From Candidatus Eiseniibacteriota bacterium (GTDB lineage: Bacteria; Eisenbacteria; RBG-16-71-46; CAIMUX01; VGJL01), in assembly GCA_041946735.1 (NCBI GenBank), contig JBHGAY010000056.1:1-12596 (forward strand): 12,596 nt of DNA. The letters run 5' to 3'. The position numbers were made by a program, and so were the translations under genes. Of the stretch, positions 10,182-12,596 are shown in pieces (positions within the stretch are counted from its first letter, which is position 1; the number at the start of each line of letters is the position of its first letter). The notes below the pieces were generated by a model. It was not told the origin of the DNA. It searched no databases and saw nothing but the letters and a program-made list of their open reading frames with translations.

Positions 10182-11060
10182 ATGAAGGACCATAGGATGG
10201 ATCGGATCATACCGCGAATCCTCGCGCTCGCCATCCTGGCGACGCTCGGAACGATCGGGATGTTCGGGTGCAGCGACGACGACAACGGGACGAACCCGCC
10301 TCCGGGGCTCGATCCGCCGGAGAATCTGGCGGCGGTCAACGGCGACGGGGAGATCGACCTGACCTGGGACGCGAGCCCGTCGGAGGATCGGGATGACTTC
10401 CGCCGTTACAACGTCTATCGGGATACCACGTCGCTGGTCGGCGTCGATCCCTCGCAGCTCGAGCCGAAGCGGGTCGGGACGGTCAACAGCGGGCAGGAGC
10501 GGCACCTGAACACCGGCGCGACGAACGGCACGCTGTACTACTACCACGTGCGAGCCGAGCTGGACGACGGCAGCCTGAGCGATCCATCGAACGAAGTGAC
10601 GGCGGCCGCTCGACTGGAGAGGTCGGACATCACGATCACGGAGTTCGCCGATCCCAATGAGCCGAGCGGCTACGACCTTTCCGCCGGCCTTCCCGTCTCG
10701 CTGAACGCCTCGAACCCGAACCGATTCGAGGCGACCGACTTCTATCTCGGGACGATGGCCGAGGACGATAGCTCCGCCGCCGATCTGAGCCTGAAGAGCC
10801 CCGACCTTCTCGGAGGCGAGTATCACCACACGAACATCAAGCTGCTCGGGATCGGGGACGACAAGTGGGCGCTGACGACGACGCCGGACAACGGTTGGAC
10901 GGATCAGGTGGCGATCGTGGAGGACGCCGTCTACGCGATCAAGACCTCGACCGGCAACTGGTCGAAGCTCCAGGTCACCAGCCTGGGCGGGGATCCCGGA
11001 TCGCGCACGATCACGTTCCGCTACACCTATCAGCCGAACGCGAGTATTCACCAGTTCTGA
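10182..11060 (+). CDS. Lipoprotein with fibronectin type III domain and HmuY-like C-terminal beta domain
   Basis: GGAGG SD before ATG 10182; signal II peptide 'ILALAILATLGTIGMFG-C'. FN3 pattern 'PPENLAAVNGDGEIDLTWD...YNVYR...TNGTLYYYHVRA...SDPSNEV'. C-terminal 'VYAIKTSTGNWSKLQVTS...ITFRYTYQ' resembles HmuY-type beta strands. 292 aa. Confidence 0.8.
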   Translation: MKDHRMDRIIPRILALAILATLGTIGMFGCSDDDNGTNPPPGLDPPENLAAVNGDGEIDLTWDASPSEDRDDFRRYNVYRDTTSLVGVDPSQLEPKRVGTVNSGQERHLNTGATNGTLYYYHVRAELDDGSLSDPSNEVTAAARLERSDITITEFADPNEPSGYDLSAGLPVSLNASNPNRFEATDFYLGTMAEDDSSAADLSLKSPDLLGGEYHHTNIKLLGIGDDKWALTTTPDNGWTDQVAIVEDAVYAIKTSTGNWSKLQVTSLGGDPGSRTITFRYTYQPNASIHQF

Positions 11061-11997
11061 GCCTGCGGCCGGAGTCCGAGTCGAGGCTCGAAACGATGCG
11101 GGGGGGCGGCGCGTGGAACGTGCCGGCGATGCCGGCCAGGATCAGCGCCGTCCCCGCGATCGTCCATTCGGTGATTGTCTCGCCAAGCAAGAGCCATCCG
11201 AGGAACACGGCCAAGACCGGGTTGACGTAACTGTAGGTGGCTACGATCCGCGTGGGCAAGAGCTGCACCGCCCGCAGGAATGACGTGAACGCGAGCAGCG
11301 ACCCGCCGGCGACCAGGTAGCCCCACGCGAGCCAGGCCTCGGTCGAGGGATGCGGGATACGCTCCCCCGATGCCGCGGCAAGCGCGGCGAGCCCGAGACC
11401 GCCGGCGAGCTGCAGAATCCCGGAACTCGCCACGGGAGACATCGCGGCCGGCCGGCGCTTCTGGATCACGAGGCCGATCCCCCAGGAGAGAGGGGCGACG
11501 AGAAGGGCGACTACGGAGTGCAGATCCGCGCGCGCCCCTTCACGCAGCATCGGCCAGGTGAGGACGAAGAGGCCTCCGAAGCCGAGCAGGAGCGAGGCAG
11601 CAAGGCGAGGGGACGGCGCGCGGCGATCGAGGATCGAGTCGATCGCGGCGATCCACATCGGCATCGTCCCGACCAGGAGCGCCGCATACCCGGAATCCGC
11701 ATGGCGCTCCGCCCAGGTCACGAGCCCGTTGCCGCCGACCCACAGCAGGATGCCGCTGGCGAGGAGAGCCGGAGCTTCCTGCCGCGTCGGGATGATCCGC
11801 TTTCCTCGAATCGCCAGGAATCCGAGTAGCACCGCGGACGCGACGAGCGTGCGCGATGCCGCCAGCAGGAAGGCAGGAAAGCCGCCTCCCCCATCTCGGA
11901 CGGCGATTCGGATCGCCAGGTATGTGCTTCCCCAGACGAAGTAGACGACCAGGAGGTGGGCGATCCCTTCGACGGGAAGCTTCGGATTCCTCGACAT
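11011..11997 (-). CDS. EamA / DMT family transporter (YedA-like)
   Basis: 'LLVVYFVWGSTYLAIRIA', 'GNGLVTWAE', 'GYAALLVGTMPMW', 'YLVAGGSLLAFTSF', 'TYSYVNPVLAVFLGWLLLGE' form two EamA repeats. ATG at 11997; 328 aa. Confidence 0.93.
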   Translation of the reverse strand: MSRNPKLPVEGIAHLLVVYFVWGSTYLAIRIAVRDGGGGFPAFLLAASRTLVASAVLLGFLAIRGKRIIPTRQEAPALLASGILLWVGGNGLVTWAERHADSGYAALLVGTMPMWIAAIDSILDRRAPSPRLAASLLLGFGGLFVLTWPMLREGARADLHSVVALLVAPLSWGIGLVIQKRRPAAMSPVASSGILQLAGGLGLAALAAASGERIPHPSTEAWLAWGYLVAGGSLLAFTSFLRAVQLLPTRIVATYSYVNPVLAVFLGWLLLGETITEWTIAGTALILAGIAGTFHAPPPRIVSSLDSDSGRRLRTGEYSRSADRCSGT

Positions 11998-12105
11998 GTC
12001 GACTCGGATTCTCCGTTCGTTCGGCCTTCGATTCCTGAAGCAGAAGAACGACGAAGGGTAACGCACCCGGGCCGCAAGGACACAAAGGAACTTCTATCTT
12101 CATCT

Positions 12106-12452
12106 GGTATGAACTCGGGACATGGGTAACAAGGAAGTGTCAGGACATGGGTAACAGTCTGGGGAACCATGGCCACCTCAGGGAGGTGGACCATGCCCTG
12201 GTATCAGAGGTCGCCCATGGAGATGAGGTCCGAGTTCGTCAGTGACTACCTCCGTCAGATGGTGAGACGACGAAGCGCCTTCCCGAAATATCAGCAGCCA
12301 GCAGTACCGATTCGACCGCTTCCGCAGGGAGTTCAACTACGAGCGACCTCATGAGGCCGCCTTGAACCCGGAGTTTGCGAATCGAGCCCCCCTCGCCGAA
12401 GGTGTCACCTATGTCCTGACACCAATCTGTTACCCATGTCCTGGTCCGGACC
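12106..12452 (+). mobile_element. Non-autonomous IS481-family deletion derivative (MITE-like mini-IS, 347 bp)
   Basis: Imperfect ~51-bp terminal inverted repeats, each with two 14-bp boxes 25 bp apart. Left: GGACATGGGTAACA at 12118-12131 and 12143-12156. Right, reverse-complemented: GGACATGGGTAACA at 12428-12441 and GGACATAGGTGACA at 12403-12416. The ends enclose IS481-type transposase fragments; the segment looks less GC-rich than the flanking genes. Confidence 0.85.
12193..12419 (+). pseudogene. IS481-family transposase remnant (three fragments in different frames)
   Basis: N-terminus MPWYQRSPMEMRSEFVSDYLRQ (ATG 12193, SD GGAGG). Integrase-core tail ETTK/PSRNISSQQYRFDRFRREFNYERPHEA (~12264-12358, one frameshift). 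C-terminus LRIEPPSPKVSPMS* (TGA 12417-12419, inside the right IR). HTH and DDE catalytic residues are deleted. Confidence 0.82.
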
Positions 12453-12471
12453 TTTTTTTGCATTCTTGTGT

Positions 12472-12500
12472 TTGACGATCGTTCGTTCGTGTAGTACGGT
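12472..12500 (+). promoter_or_regulatory. Sigma70-type promoter
   Basis: TTGACG (12472-12477), 17-bp spacer, TACGGT (12495-12500), preceded by a T-rich tract (12453-12471) resembling an UP element. Points out of the window. Confidence 0.6.
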
Positions 12501-12596
12501 GTGAAATACCTTCGCTTCGATTCCGGCTCGTCGGCGTGACGAGCCCGGCGCTTCGCTCGATCGCGAGCGAGCGGGCGCCTTGGCCGCTTTCGTTGG

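Noticed and set aside
10089..11051. N-terminal extensions of ORFs 9306..11051 and 9612..11060 implying long overlapping genes
   Set aside because: Each extension is the antisense of the other lipoprotein gene; signal peptides define starts at 10088 and 10182.
12118..12156. Repeated GGACATGGGTAACA as a mini CRISPR array or recombination site
   Set aside because: Only 14-bp units with an 11-bp gap, mirrored in inverted form at 12403-12441; explained as IS481 end boxes. No cas genes are present.

Overview
GC-rich bacterial window with no rRNA, tRNA or CRISPR array; taxonomy cannot be fixed from sequence alone. Its core is a minus-strand gene run. A 665-aa 2-hydroxyacyl-CoA dehydratase/reductase-like Fe-S protein (5836-7833) is ATGA-coupled to a 1216-aa double ASKHA-ATPase 'CoA activase' + DUF2229-type protein (2189-5839). 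Together they match the PlsR/PlsA (plasmalogen synthase) / Ger (glycerol ester reductase) ether-lipid architecture. They are followed by a 95-aa orphan, yjbQ and a CPBP-like membrane protein with an altered active site. Upstream lie a repeat-rich 339-bp regulatory region, a GT4 glycosyltransferase coupled to a lipoprotein, a divergent FN3/HmuY-like lipoprotein and an EamA/DMT transporter. Near the right edge is a 347-bp non-autonomous IS481-derived mini-element with ~51-bp inverted ends and three fused transposase fragments, then a sigma70-like promoter and a structured leader. Most of the long ORFs in the supplied track are GC-rich shadow frames.
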